Positions 42,751-52,736 of a DNA stretch of 59,880 nucleotides are shown here, piece after piece (the stretch's first letter is position 1; every line of letters starts with the position of its first letter). Source of the DNA: Minisyncoccota bacterium (GTDB lineage Bacteria; Patescibacteriota; Minisyncoccia; Phycocordibacterales; CAIJYI01); the NCBI GenBank assembly GCA_023229825.1, contig JALNYN010000004.1:1-59880 (forward strand), given 5' to 3'. Below the pieces are notes generated by a model. The model saw nothing but the letters and a program-made list of their open reading frames with translations. It did not search any database and had not been told where the DNA came from. A program made the translations under genes and the position numbers.

Positions 42751-43071
42751 TTATTTCTTTCGCATGGTTTGTATCTTTTTGTTGAGAGTATACGCTTGCA
42801 ATGCATACCCCGCGGCAAAAAGAAACCATCCCCACGAAACTTCCATAGAGGAGAGATCCTCGATTATACCTAAGTACACCCCAAGGATCCGCATCAGTGC
42901 GACCAAAAAGAGCAGAACAGCGGCGATAGACAGTGTCCAGAATGTTTTGACTCTGAATACACGGTCCTCGTGACGCTCTTGTCCATATGACTTTACTGCC
43001 ATATAAATGCCTCGAGCCCCAAAAAAACATACGCCGGAAAGCAGTACGAGCATGGTAATTCCAAAAAACAT
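42751..43071 (-). CDS. Small membrane protein (106 aa, 3-4 TM)
   Basis: GGAGGTGA RBS and a hydrophobic profile. Preferred over the overlapping ORF 42686..43114. Confidence 0.55.
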   Translation of the reverse strand: MFFGITMLVLLSGVCFFGARGIYMAVKSYGQERHEDRVFRVKTFWTLSIAAVLLFLVALMRILGVYLGIIEDLSSMEVSWGWFLFAAGYALQAYTLNKKIQTMRKK

Positions 43072-43176
43072 TTTTCACCTCCGCAAAAATCGTTCCGTTT
43101 TCTTTATACGACACCTATACCAAAAAAGCAAGCCCTGTTCCGATCAAACCGGAAACAGGGCTTATGACGTGCCGAA

Positions 43177-43449
43177 TTATTCGTCGAGTTCGATCTCTTT
43201 CTGGTCAAAATGAACGCCGAGCCAACCAAAGGTCATGACGACAAAAAGAATGAAGGGAATCGACGCATAGCTTCCCGGGGAATAAAAAGCGACGAACAGC
43301 CATACAAGAGTGACAATGATGCAAACGGTCTTCGCCGTATAGTAATACCTGACGGTTTGAAACGACTGATCCACGTAAGAGAGGACTGCTGTGGCGACAC
43401 CAACAACAAGAGCGACGAACGCTAATGATACGATCATATTTTCTAACAT
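43177..43449 (-). CDS. Small membrane protein (90 aa, 3 TM)
   Basis: Start at MLENMIV with a GGGGGA RBS. Confidence 0.5.
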   Translation of the reverse strand: MLENMIVSLAFVALVVGVATAVLSYVDQSFQTVRYYYTAKTVCIIVTLVWLFVAFYSPGSYASIPFILFVVMTFGWLGVHFDQKEIELDE

Positions 43450-43536
43450 TTTATATCCCCCAAAAGAACAAAAAATGAAAATCCCTTTACCTGTAGAGAG
43501 CGTAATGCGAAAAGGAATAAATGTCAACGAGCAATG

Positions 43537-43695
43537 TTATTCCCTGCTGTGACTTCCATCACACAAAGGATATTTTTTTGAGCGGCCACAGACGCATTGC
43601 CTGCGAATCGGCTCGATCTTAAACCGTTCGGCAAAAGTCGGCTCTTTCGGGTCTGCATCTTTCTCGCCCTCTGTATTTTTTTGAGTATCTGACAT
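43537..43695 (-). CDS. CDGSH-type iron-sulfur domain protein
   Basis: ...CVCGRSKKYPLCDGSH.... The start is uncertain (43695, or an upstream TTG/ATG). Confidence 0.65.
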   Translation of the reverse strand: MSDTQKNTEGEKDADPKEPTFAERFKIEPIRRQCVCGRSKKYPLCDGSHSRE

Positions 43696-43770
43696 GATAT
43701 GGTTTATTTTAAATAGTAACGGAAACATCCCCGTGCCGCAAGCGCCGTGCAAATTCCATACATCGTAATC

Positions 43771-46700
43771 TTACTTCCCCACCATCCCCTTCAATCTCCT
43801 CAACATCCCACTCAACGCTTCCCCATCGGTTTTTGCAATAAGTTTGGTTTTGATGTATGAATTCGTTTCCTTCTCCAAAGCTTGTATTTGAGAGATCGCC
43901 GGTTTGGTTTGTTTTTTCGAGAGAGATCTTTCGATGTTGGCAAGCTGTGAAAGATAAGAAGATTTCGTTCCCTTGTTCTTCGTCGGCATTGCGGTTACGT
44001 AATCGCGGATCCCTTTCAGGTATAAAACAGGGTCGGTGTTGTTTGATTGAATGTTGGGAGTATTGGTTGTTCCGGTTATTTGGTAGAAATCGGTGCTTCC
44101 GGGGTTGATGGTTTGGCTCGTGGTCGCGGAAGTGAAGATTCCGGATGCGGGATCGAATATTCTTGCGTATACTTCATAACTGTCTTGTGTGCTGTTCATC
44201 TTGCCGGCTATGTCGGGATTTTCATTCAAGAAGGTTTGGTTGTCGTGTGATGATACGTAGTATCTTGCTTCTATTCCGTCGGGAATGAGTATCCATTCTG
44301 GAGAACCTTGGTTGTCGCCGGAGGGAATTGATCCCGCGATCTGGTTTTCGTATTCGCCGGTTGTGTAATTTACGCCGACGTGTTTGCCGTCAGTGGTGAT
44401 GGCGTGAAGATCGAGGTCGGGGAAAGCGGTGGGGGCGAGAGAGGGAGTTTTTTGATCTATGCATATTTGACCGGTCGGACATTCTGAATCCGGTAAATTT
44501 AACAGAGGGTTATAAAATGGATCAACACCAAGAACTTTGGTGAATAACATACCATGAAACACCTCGCCGTATCGCGACATTTCGTTCGTGTATGGCGTTG
44601 TCTCATATAGCGCTCGTCGAAATGCGAAACAAAAAAGAATTAAAAAGAATAAGGCAAGGATTGAGATAACTGCGTATATTCCTTTCCTTAATAATTTTCT
44701 ATTGACAAATAATTGTCGAAACCGTCGTGTAATAATCCAAAAGAACAAAGTAAAACTCATTAAAGCTAACAAAGCCAGGAAAGACAACTTAAGTTGATAT
44801 GCAGGGCTCATCCACAGGTAAAGATAGGGGTATGGCACAAAATGACGAGTATCTAACTTACAACTCTCTGAGTGTAGATTAGGCTCAATATTAGAATTTT
44901 TCACTACAAAGCCCTTGAATCTGCCAGCTAAAGAATTAGCGTAATTATCATCAATTTTCCGAATACGTGCATTGATAAAATAATTTCCGTTAGTGTTGGA
45001 GTCGCCGGATGCGGAAATTGAAACGAGATTATTGTAATCGTAATAGGTATCACCTACACCCAATACGCCGCCTTTCGGAAAATTAAATGGACCCGAAGAT
45101 GGAATATTTATAATCCGGCATTCGTTTTCAAGAAAACCTGTAATTTTCCCTTTTGCATCGGTAGTTGAGCTGATTCCATATTCTGAAAAACCAAGCGGAT
45201 TAACATAATATACTACGAGCGCAGAGTTTTTTGGAATTGAGGTATCCCAGATTTTATTGGGTAATTCTCTCTTTCTTGCTTCAAGAATATAATATGGGGT
45301 GGTGATATCATTCTCATTCGTGTTTTCCAAAAGATTGTAGCGAAGTACAGAACCACTAAATGATTTTTGATTCAGTGCAGGAATAATGTAATCATCATAT
45401 GCAGATTTTGGCTTAATATCATATGAAAGAAGTTTGAGAAACTCTTTGACGTATGAACTCATTAAAGAGGGATCACTTCCATTCTTATTTGTTATTCCGC
45501 CATTTTGACCTCCAAGTGCCATCAATTCCCATTGTCCTTCTTCGGAAAATTTTCCAAAAGTAGCTCCATTAAGACCCATCTTATATAAATCCGGGACAGG
45601 AATCTTTATCTCTTCGCCTTCTACCAGACCACCCATAGTATGCCCGATTTCATGAGTCCAAAACCCAACCGGATCTTTTTCTGCGACAATAATACTACTC
45701 TTTAAGGTTGGACCGGTGGTAGTGAGGGCTTGAGTACTAAGATGTGCATTAAAGTCAAAAATTGGTTTATTTTGACCGGAATAGCCGCTGTACACCACAG
45801 CTACGGTAAAATAATTATTCGGATCAATGTTTGATGCGGCTATTGCATCTTGAACCAATCCTCTTTCTTTACCAATGTATGATGTCGACGAGGCAAATAA
45901 CTGGTACCACGTCGGAAACACCGTCGCCTCAATATTCACCGTTCCGTAAGAATTCTCGAGGTAATAATCCTTCACGCAAACCATCATATCGTCGTAGTAC
46001 GTTTTATCGTGTCCGTTCGGATAAGTTTTTGCCGGAATGAGTTTGCAAGGCTGCTCGTTTTTTGGTACGGAAACATGCGGCACATCAGAAAGCTCCGCCA
46101 AAATCACCGCCACCTTCACCGTCTTGGTTTGGGTATTTTTCCACCCGTCTTGTTTTGTCCACGGAAGGTTGTCTTTTACGTTTGTCCCCACCACATACGG
46201 CGCATCGCAGAACCCATCGCTATTAGTATCACCGCATCCCTGTGCCGGCGTATGGTAATGGCTCCAGTAATTCCCTCCCACCGGTTTTGCGAGATCGAAA
46301 ACGTTTGACGTTCCGTCTCCCGAAGATGGAAAAGCGTTGTTGATAAAGTTGTTGTTGTAGATGGAATTGCCAAAAGACGGCCTCCCAAAAAAGCGAAGAG
46401 CGGCGGTCTTGCTGTTTGAGATCGCGGTATCGTGAATGCGGTTGTTATGGGAGTCGAGTAAGGTAATGCCGAAGCTGTTTTCATCTATCGTTCCTCCGGA
46501 AAACTCGTTTTGATCGGAGGCTACCAGATACAGTCCTTCTCTGGTATGCGAAACGGTGATATTTTCAAATGTTGAATTATGGGTTTGGCTTAGCAAAAAG
46601 TGGTTGTTGTTGTTCTTTCCTTGTACGGTCACATTGCGTATGTCGGAATGGTCGGCATTGCAGAGGATAAGTTCTGAAAAGGTGCCGGAAGTTAAGGTTG

Positions 46701-47874
46701 TGGAAGTGCTGTAGTATCCGATAGGGAGACCTCCCGAACCGATGTTTCCGGTTATCGTGTCGTTGCAGAGAACGACTCCGCTTTCGGCGGTGTTGGGGAT
46801 GAGGTCGCTAAATGCGTTTTCTTGTATGGTGTTATCAATGATCTGATTGCCGGAGGTATCAAAATTAATGATACCGATGTTTCCGTTATGGTTCGCGGTA
46901 TTGTTTCGTATGATGTTGTTTCCGGAGGTATTGGTAAGGATGATCCCCTCGTAATCGTTCTCGCTCACGGTATTGTGCTCGATAGTGTTCGCATTGCTGC
47001 TCACTATATAGATTCCGGAGCCGTTGCCGTTAACGGTGTTGTTTGAGATGGTGTTGCTCTGGGTATAGTAGCCAATGAGAATACCGTCGAAGTTTCCCAA
47101 AAAAGTACTGTTCTCGATATGGTTCTCGCTTCCTTCATAGAGATATACTCCGCTATGGGCTCCCTGTACAGTAATGCTCTTTATTGTATTCCCTGTTTTG
47201 TAGAGATATACTCCGTTCGCGGAATACTCTGCGATCGATATTTTGTGTCCGTTTCCGTCCAGGGTGAGGTTGTCGTCGTCGATCTGTACGGTTTCGGTAA
47301 GGTCTTGCGTGAGGGTGCAGGTTTTGGTGGGTTGGTTCCATGTTCCGATCGTGGTGCAGTCTCCTCCAGTGGCGTTGTCGGCGATGAATTTGGTGCTTTT
47401 TCTGGTTTGGATGAAAACGAAGTGGCGGGTTCCAATATTTTGAGTGTAGGTATAGCTTCCGTTCGAGTCGGTGGTGAATTGCGTGAGGTTGTGATAATCG
47501 TCTTCGTATTTGAAATATGTGGTGTTTTTTAAAAGACCAGATATGGTAATTTGGGTAGTTGTCGTACTTGCTTCCTGAAACATCATCGTGATCACTTTCG
47601 GACGCGAAACGAGTTTGAGGTCGATGTCTTGGGTACTGTCGAGGGTGATATTTAAATATTCGCTGTCGGTAATAGCGAAATGGGTGCCAATGCCGGAGGT
47701 TTCGCCTTTTGTTTGGAAGGGATTGATCGGCATCGAAAGCGAAGGAGCGGAAGAAAGGAATGTTTTTTGTGCGTACAAAATTCCAGCGAAGGCGCTGCTT
47801 AAGAGAACCGTGATCGCCATCGTTGCAAGAAAGATCTGATGGTGAATGGGACTCGCGGTAAATTTTTTGTACAT
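43771..47874 (-). CDS. Giant surface protein: signal peptide + parallel beta-helix (PbH1) repeats + M6 (InhA-like) metallopeptidase + two mid-protein TM helices + C-terminal domain
   Basis: Repeated NN(T/I)xxN beta-helix units. VAVILAELSD...YYLENSYG...HEIGHTMGG...PVPDLYKMG resembles immune inhibitor A-type M6 peptidases. The TM helices are LSFLALLALMSFTLFFWII and IYAVISILALFFLILFCFAF. Confidence 0.75.
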   Translation of the reverse strand: MYKKFTASPIHHQIFLATMAITVLLSSAFAGILYAQKTFLSSAPSLSMPINPFQTKGETSGIGTHFAITDSEYLNITLDSTQDIDLKLVSRPKVITMMFQEASTTTTQITISGLLKNTTYFKYEDDYHNLTQFTTDSNGSYTYTQNIGTRHFVFIQTRKSTKFIADNATGGDCTTIGTWNQPTKTCTLTQDLTETVQIDDDNLTLDGNGHKISIAEYSANGVYLYKTGNTIKSITVQGAHSGVYLYEGSENHIENSTFLGNFDGILIGYYTQSNTISNNTVNGNGSGIYIVSSNANTIEHNTVSENDYEGIILTNTSGNNIIRNNTANHNGNIGIINFDTSGNQIIDNTIQENAFSDLIPNTAESGVVLCNDTITGNIGSGGLPIGYYSTSTTLTSGTFSELILCNADHSDIRNVTVQGKNNNNHFLLSQTHNSTFENITVSHTREGLYLVASDQNEFSGGTIDENSFGITLLDSHNNRIHDTAISNSKTAALRFFGRPSFGNSIYNNNFINNAFPSSGDGTSNVFDLAKPVGGNYWSHYHTPAQGCGDTNSDGFCDAPYVVGTNVKDNLPWTKQDGWKNTQTKTVKVAVILAELSDVPHVSVPKNEQPCKLIPAKTYPNGHDKTYYDDMMVCVKDYYLENSYGTVNIEATVFPTWYQLFASSTSYIGKERGLVQDAIAASNIDPNNYFTVAVVYSGYSGQNKPIFDFNAHLSTQALTTTGPTLKSSIIVAEKDPVGFWTHEIGHTMGGLVEGEEIKIPVPDLYKMGLNGATFGKFSEEGQWELMALGGQNGGITNKNGSDPSLMSSYVKEFLKLLSYDIKPKSAYDDYIIPALNQKSFSGSVLRYNLLENTNENDITTPYYILEARKRELPNKIWDTSIPKNSALVVYYVNPLGFSEYGISSTTDAKGKITGFLENECRIINIPSSGPFNFPKGGVLGVGDTYYDYNNLVSISASGDSNTNGNYFINARIRKIDDNYANSLAGRFKGFVVKNSNIEPNLHSESCKLDTRHFVPYPYLYLWMSPAYQLKLSFLALLALMSFTLFFWIITRRFRQLFVNRKLLRKGIYAVISILALFFLILFCFAFRRALYETTPYTNEMSRYGEVFHGMLFTKVLGVDPFYNPLLNLPDSECPTGQICIDQKTPSLAPTAFPDLDLHAITTDGKHVGVNYTTGEYENQIAGSIPSGDNQGSPEWILIPDGIEARYYVSSHDNQTFLNENPDIAGKMNSTQDSYEVYARIFDPASGIFTSATTSQTINPGSTDFYQITGTTNTPNIQSNNTDPVLYLKGIRDYVTAMPTKNKGTKSSYLSQLANIERSLSKKQTKPAISQIQALEKETNSYIKTKLIAKTDGEALSGMLRRLKGMVGK

Positions 47875-47922
47875 ACAAAACTATAAATATTATTTGATAA
47901 TGTATATCTTTATTGTATCAAA

Positions 47923-47954
47923 CAAAAAATCCCCTTACCAAATATGGAGGGGAT
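47923..47954 (-). terminator. Rho-independent terminator after the cupredoxin gene
   Basis: ATCCCCT-N-AGGGGAT followed by a T-run on the minus strand. Confidence 0.65.
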
Positions 47955-47995
47955 AAATAAATTTGCTTGTGATAATGTAAAATCCGAACAATAAG

Positions 47996-48397
47996 TTACT
48001 TAAATTCTATGGTAAACGGATACATTCCCATACCGCAGCTGCCGTTTAGTGTTCCGGGCGCTCGCGTGCCGAGATCGATCTCGGTTACGCCGTTTACGGG
48101 CAGATTTTTTCTCACGCCGAGTTCGGGGATATTCACAACGGAAGAACAATCAAACGTGCCTTTTGTGGTGATCCGCAGTACGGTAGGAACGCCCGATTTC
48201 GCGATCGAAGTTTCCGGCTCGAATCCCCCCTTCGCGATGATGTCGACCGTCTGTTTCCCCCCTTGGATAAAAACGTTGCCCAAGTTAAGCGGCGACGGTG
48301 CATTTTCTTTCGATTCGCCGAACCCGGAAAAAATAATGACTCCGGCGACGATGATACCGATGGCGATGATGATAAGTGATATTGTTTTAGAAGACAT
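47996..48397 (-). CDS. Membrane-anchored cupredoxin-like domain protein
   Basis: N-terminal TM. ...GTFDCSS...GSCGMGMYPFTIEF is similar to the two C-terminal domains of 49665..51413. Confidence 0.6.
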   Translation of the reverse strand: MSSKTISLIIIAIGIIVAGVIIFSGFGESKENAPSPLNLGNVFIQGGKQTVDIIAKGGFEPETSIAKSGVPTVLRITTKGTFDCSSVVNIPELGVRKNLPVNGVTEIDLGTRAPGTLNGSCGMGMYPFTIEFK

Positions 48398-48467
48398 AAA
48401 CTAATTTGACAAAATGTTAAATGATTAAATGGCTAAATTGTTATGCAACACACCAACAAACCTTAAT

Positions 48468-48538
48468 AACAATTTAACAATTTAACAATTTAACAATTTA
48501 ACAATTTAACAATTTAACAATTTAACAATTTAACAATT
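48468..48538. repeat. (AACAATTT)9 tandem repeat
   Basis: About nine direct 8-nt units with a partial inverted partner (gttaaatgattaaatggctaaattgtt) at about 48416..48445. The stop codon of 48537..49574 lies in the last unit. Confidence 0.9.
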
Positions 48539-49574
48539 AAAAGTTAAACAGCGGCTTAATCGCCCCTATAACAACCAAGCTGTTGATGATATTGAGCAGC
48601 GCAAACGCAATAACGATGAGCCCGGCCGTTTTGAAGAATATTCCTTTTTTTCGTCCTTGCGCAACGCCGACTCCGCTAAAGCTCAAAATGGCAAGCGCCG
48701 GAAAAGTTCCGAGCGCAAAAGCTAACATCGTGAGTCCTCCCGTAAGAAAGTTGCCGGTCGAAAGCGCATAGACCTGCATGGCCTGAGTGAAACCGCACGG
48801 AAGAAAGAATGTGGCGACGCCAACCAAGAGCGGTGTCACGGTATACGCCATGTTGGAAGCCTTGAGCGCGTGTTTGGACAGGGCTTTCGGCATAGCGAGC
48901 TGAAAGCGTTTCGCGCCATGAAAAACATCTAAAAGATTGATCCCCATAACGAGCATCACGACCCCTACGAGCATTCCGAGAAAAAAACTTCCGAAGGCAT
49001 TCAGCTGAAAGGCGGATCCGATGGCGCCGATCATGCCTCCGAGCAGAAAGAACGAAACAATGCGTCCTGAGTGAAAAAGCAGCTGAGGTTTGATGCGATC
49101 GCCTTCCTTGGCGAATGTTGCGGACATCGAAAGCACGAGACCGCCGACAACCGCCATGCAAGAGGAAAGCGAGGCGATGATGCCGATAATGAAAGGCGTA
49201 TAGAATGTCATTTCGCTCGTATCGACAAGATTCACCAATCCCATTTTTTGCAGAAGGATAAATAACAGCACAAAGAGCGCGGCAAGCGGACCGGCGATCC
49301 AGAATTCTTCCCAGTTTTTCGATACGGCCGTTTTTTCAACGGAAAGCGAGTACCCTTTCGGTGAAAGCGCTTTGGAAAGTTCTTCGGCGATCTCTTCTTT
49401 CGTCTTATCGGCAAAGTCTCCGGAGACAGATACCGACTGCTTGTGTGAATTAACTTTGGCTGAGGCGACAAAATCCACGGCATCGAGCGTCTGCTCCGTC
49501 ACCAGGGCGCAGGATTTGCAGTGCATCCCATTCACATGAAATATGTGGGTTTGTTGATCTTTTCTAATATTCAT
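48537..49574 (-). CDS. HMA (heavy-metal-associated) domain fused to a DsbD_2/TauE-like membrane domain
   Basis: VNGMHCKSC metal-binding motif; membrane core with ...SSCMAVVGG... and FLPCGFTQAMQ. Confidence 0.75.
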   Translation of the reverse strand: MNIRKDQQTHIFHVNGMHCKSCALVTEQTLDAVDFVASAKVNSHKQSVSVSGDFADKTKEEIAEELSKALSPKGYSLSVEKTAVSKNWEEFWIAGPLAALFVLLFILLQKMGLVNLVDTSEMTFYTPFIIGIIASLSSCMAVVGGLVLSMSATFAKEGDRIKPQLLFHSGRIVSFFLLGGMIGAIGSAFQLNAFGSFFLGMLVGVVMLVMGINLLDVFHGAKRFQLAMPKALSKHALKASNMAYTVTPLLVGVATFFLPCGFTQAMQVYALSTGNFLTGGLTMLAFALGTFPALAILSFSGVGVAQGRKKGIFFKTAGLIVIAFALLNIINSLVVIGAIKPLFNF

Positions 49575-49664
49575 CCCAATAGTATATCAATAAATCGAAA
49601 AAAAAAGAAAGGGTCACTCTCTTTTTTTTCAGGAGATCATTGCACTGTTTCAATACTCTGTTTT

Positions 49665-51413
49665 TTAATCAGCAACGACAATTTCCGCCAGTTTTGACCC
49701 CATACTGCAAGTAATATTTATAACTCCGGCTTCTGTCGGGGTAAAAGTATTTTTGCTCACGGTGCCGTTCATCGGGATCGTAATATCATATTTTGGTATC
49801 ACCCATACCGACGCACATCCCCCGAGCGGGATTTTATCATCTATCGTTAATTCTATCGGCGATCCTTTTTTTGCCGTGAGCGAACGAGGAAAAATACCGC
49901 GCTCCTCTGAAACTTCCATGGAAAGTTTTTGCACTTCCGGACATTTGGAAACGGCGGGATCGCAAACTGGAACCGGAATACTCGCCGACGAGTCAAGTTT
50001 TGCGCCGGAAATTCCGGTGGTGTTCGGCACAACAATAAATTCCGAACCGCGCGTCATCATTCCCATGCTGCAATTGAACGGAATAGCCCCCGTTTGCGTC
50101 GGGGTAAACGTGATGGTCGTAATTCCTTCCGTCGACAAATACTTCGTCATACCCAAAGACGGCATCACGATCACTCGACCGCATCCCGCCGCAGCGGTTC
50201 CGTCGATCTGCCACTCGATGGGGATTCCTTCAACAACGATGAACTGACTGGGTGAATATGAGTATCCGCTCACGGTCATTCTAACAATTTGCTTTCCATT
50301 AACGATCTCTGTTTTCGGTGCACCCGATCGTCCGGCGTTATTTGAACCCGCGGCAAAGGTCGGCAAATTAACGTTAAATCCTGCAAGCGCCAAACCATTA
50401 TTTATGTTAAACATTGAGAGCATGACGATCAGTACCCCGGCAAATCTAAGGAAGTGTTTTTGAAATTCTCCTTTGGCAAAGCTCGAAACAGCACTGATCG
50501 ACAGCAGCGCCGGCAGAGTCCCCAGCGAAAAAGTGAGCATTGTCAACGCTCCGACTATCCAGTCTCCGCTCGCAAGAACGTAGAGCTGTAGCGCTTGCGT
50601 AAATCCGCACGGCAAGAAAAAAGTTAACGCACCAAGCGAAAATGGCCCTCCTTTGCTTTCTGCCGCGCCCAAGTCGTGGATCTTATGACTGATGAATTTC
50701 GGCATTTTCGGACTGAATCTCCTTAGTCCGGGAAAAAGATGCAGTAATTGAAAACCAAGAAGCAGCATAACGGCGCTCACGACGATCATAAGGTATCCAT
50801 TAAACCGTGGAGAAAGCGTGATCACTGAACCAAGCGCTCCGACCAATGCCCCGAAAACCGTATAACCGACAACACGTCCGATATTGAAATACGCGTGCGG
50901 TTTGAATTTTTGAATTCCAGTGAGATCGGGGTGCGCTTCATTATACTTTCCCGCCAACGACAGCAAAAGACCGCCGACAACGGCAATACAGGATGATACG
51001 GCGGCAAATATTCCGATCAAGAAGATCAATCCGTAGCTCATTCGCTCGGAGATGGAAAAATTCGGCAGAAAATCAAATTGTTTCAGAAGGTAATATAAAG
51101 AAAGGATCACGAGAAACATATACCCCATTTGCAGGTAATCGACGGGTGCGTTTGTGCTTACATTGCCGCGGATCTCGTTGTTTTTTCTTTCTCGCATGGA
51201 AACCGTATATCCATATTCTTTCACCATGTCGTTGAGTTCGGCGATATTTGGCTCCCCCGAACACTCCAGATCGGCTTTTCCGGCGGCATGATCAACGCGA
51301 ACTTTTTTTATTCCGTAGGCTTTTTTAAATTTTTGCTCCACAAGGACCTCGCAGCTTGCGCAATGCATGCCGTGAATGTCGAGCGTTACTTTTTTTATTT
51401 GTGAAGTTTCCAT
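49665..51413 (-). CDS. HMA domain + DsbD_2-like membrane domain + two cupredoxin-like domains
   Basis: IHGMHCASC, SSCIAVVGG, FLPCGFTQALQ, and C-terminal repeats ending FNCSMGMM... and ITCSMGSK.... A paralogue of 48537..49574. Confidence 0.75.
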   Translation of the reverse strand: METSQIKKVTLDIHGMHCASCEVLVEQKFKKAYGIKKVRVDHAAGKADLECSGEPNIAELNDMVKEYGYTVSMRERKNNEIRGNVSTNAPVDYLQMGYMFLVILSLYYLLKQFDFLPNFSISERMSYGLIFLIGIFAAVSSCIAVVGGLLLSLAGKYNEAHPDLTGIQKFKPHAYFNIGRVVGYTVFGALVGALGSVITLSPRFNGYLMIVVSAVMLLLGFQLLHLFPGLRRFSPKMPKFISHKIHDLGAAESKGGPFSLGALTFFLPCGFTQALQLYVLASGDWIVGALTMLTFSLGTLPALLSISAVSSFAKGEFQKHFLRFAGVLIVMLSMFNINNGLALAGFNVNLPTFAAGSNNAGRSGAPKTEIVNGKQIVRMTVSGYSYSPSQFIVVEGIPIEWQIDGTAAAGCGRVIVMPSLGMTKYLSTEGITTITFTPTQTGAIPFNCSMGMMTRGSEFIVVPNTTGISGAKLDSSASIPVPVCDPAVSKCPEVQKLSMEVSEERGIFPRSLTAKKGSPIELTIDDKIPLGGCASVWVIPKYDITIPMNGTVSKNTFTPTEAGVINITCSMGSKLAEIVVAD

Positions 51414-51415
51414 TG

Positions 51416-51694
51416 TTATAGTTTTTTCTTAATATTTTTTTCGTCTGATTTTTCTTGTCCGCTATTTTTTCCGCAGGAATGACCGCTCGATCTTCTCATC
51501 ATGAAAAAATGCGCGAACATCATTATCGCCATCGCCCCCAAAATGACCCATGACGAAACACCCGCCGCGCGCCCTCCCGCACCCAAAAAAAGAGTAAGGA
51601 GGATCGGACCGGCGCAACATATCATCATCATCCACATCATGACTTTCATTCCCTTTCCGCCGCTATCATCGCTGTTGTTATTGTGATCATGCAT
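51416..51694 (-). CDS. Small Met/His/Cys-rich membrane protein (possible Cu-binding)
   Basis: MHDHNNNSDD...MKVMMWMMMICCAGP.... It is 2 nt from the downstream gene. Confidence 0.5.
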   Translation of the reverse strand: MHDHNNNSDDSGGKGMKVMMWMMMICCAGPILLTLFLGAGGRAAGVSSWVILGAMAIMMFAHFFMMRRSSGHSCGKNSGQEKSDEKNIKKKL

Positions 51695-51719
51695 AAAATT
51701 TACTGTTAGTTTATATATT

Positions 51720-52736
51720 TTAAACGCCGCAACCGCCTCCGCCTTGTTGTCCGCGCAACGGCGCGACCTGAGAAGAGATGTTAGCGTTTCCGCGAGAACT
51801 CGAATATTCCGATCCGAGCATTTCCTGCGGGTTTACGTCTTCCCAGTCCGTACCTTTATTTTTTATATAAGCGGCGATAGTGAGATAATTGTTCGGAAAC
51901 CAATACGAATTCACCTCCAGAGCGGTTTTCCACATGATTTGTTCGCTTACCCCCTGCGATGCCATAAGTTCGAGAAGTCCGAGCATCGCCATCCCATGAT
52001 TGCAGTCCGGAAAATGAGTTGAATTTCCGCAGCATGGCCGATAAATTCCCTTTGAAACCCGGTCTACGAGCGCTTGCTGATCCGCCGTCAAAGTAATAAA
52101 CGTATGATAGCTGAAATGATCCATTGGGTTGCCTTTGGAAATCGTCCACCCTCCGGTGGAGGCGAATTTTTCCGCACCACCGTATTTCGGATCCGATATC
52201 TCTCCTTTTTCCAAAATGGGATTTTTGTTTCCCAACCCGAGCGCCCACAACAGATTAAGAAGAAATCCCGAATTTTCTTTGGTAATTTTCAGCTTGCCAT
52301 TCTTGCTCCCAAGAAGCAGGTCTTTGTATTCATCCGGAAATGTTCCCCTTTGTTCATAAACCGCTTTGAATTTGTCCGCATCTATGACGCCGGCGTCAAC
52401 CAGTTTTTTTCCAAGATCTCCCCATACAACAGGCAGCAAAACCCCTTTGGGCGGCATAACTTTTTCCTCCAGTTCCGCGTCGAGCGCAGCTCCGGCAAGA
52501 TTTGTTTTTTGCGCTCCGTTTCCTGAATTTGCCGAATACACCAAGGCGCCCGAGAGAATAATAGAGGAAAGCAAAATGCTCGCCGGTATTAAACCATTTC
52601 TAAAAATAGACTTAAGTCCGATCTTGTTTTCCGCAGCGACTTCAGCCGATCGCTCTGTATCGCGGTTTTCCAAAACATCATCGGTCGCTTGATCTTGGTT
52701 GTTGTTTTCCATAAGTTTTAGTTGATTATTACTCAT
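51720..52736 (-). CDS. Membrane-anchored hypothetical protein with a CCGNSTHFPDCNHG motif
   Basis: 338-aa ORF with one TM and a Cys/His cluster suggesting metal binding. It overlaps the upstream gene by 8 nt. Confidence 0.6.
   Translation of the reverse strand: MSNNQLKLMENNNQDQATDDVLENRDTERSAEVAAENKIGLKSIFRNGLIPASILLSSIILSGALVYSANSGNGAQKTNLAGAALDAELEEKVMPPKGVLLPVVWGDLGKKLVDAGVIDADKFKAVYEQRGTFPDEYKDLLLGSKNGKLKITKENSGFLLNLLWALGLGNKNPILEKGEISDPKYGGAEKFASTGGWTISKGNPMDHFSYHTFITLTADQQALVDRVSKGIYRPCCGNSTHFPDCNHGMAMLGLLELMASQGVSEQIMWKTALEVNSYWFPNNYLTIAAYIKNKGTDWEDVNPQEMLGSEYSSSRGNANISSQVAPLRGQQGGGGCGV

Noticed and set aside
42686-43114. 142-aa ORF overlapping the 106-aa ORF 42751..43071.
   Set aside because: The 106-aa frame has a GGAGGTGA RBS and a clean multi-TM hydrophobic profile. 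The 142-aa frame is Arg/Trp-rich with no RBS.
48468-48538. Possible CRISPR array (regular direct repeats).
   Set aside because: The period is only 8 nt with no unique spacers, and no cas genes are present. It is a microsatellite-like tandem repeat forming one arm of an intergenic hairpin.
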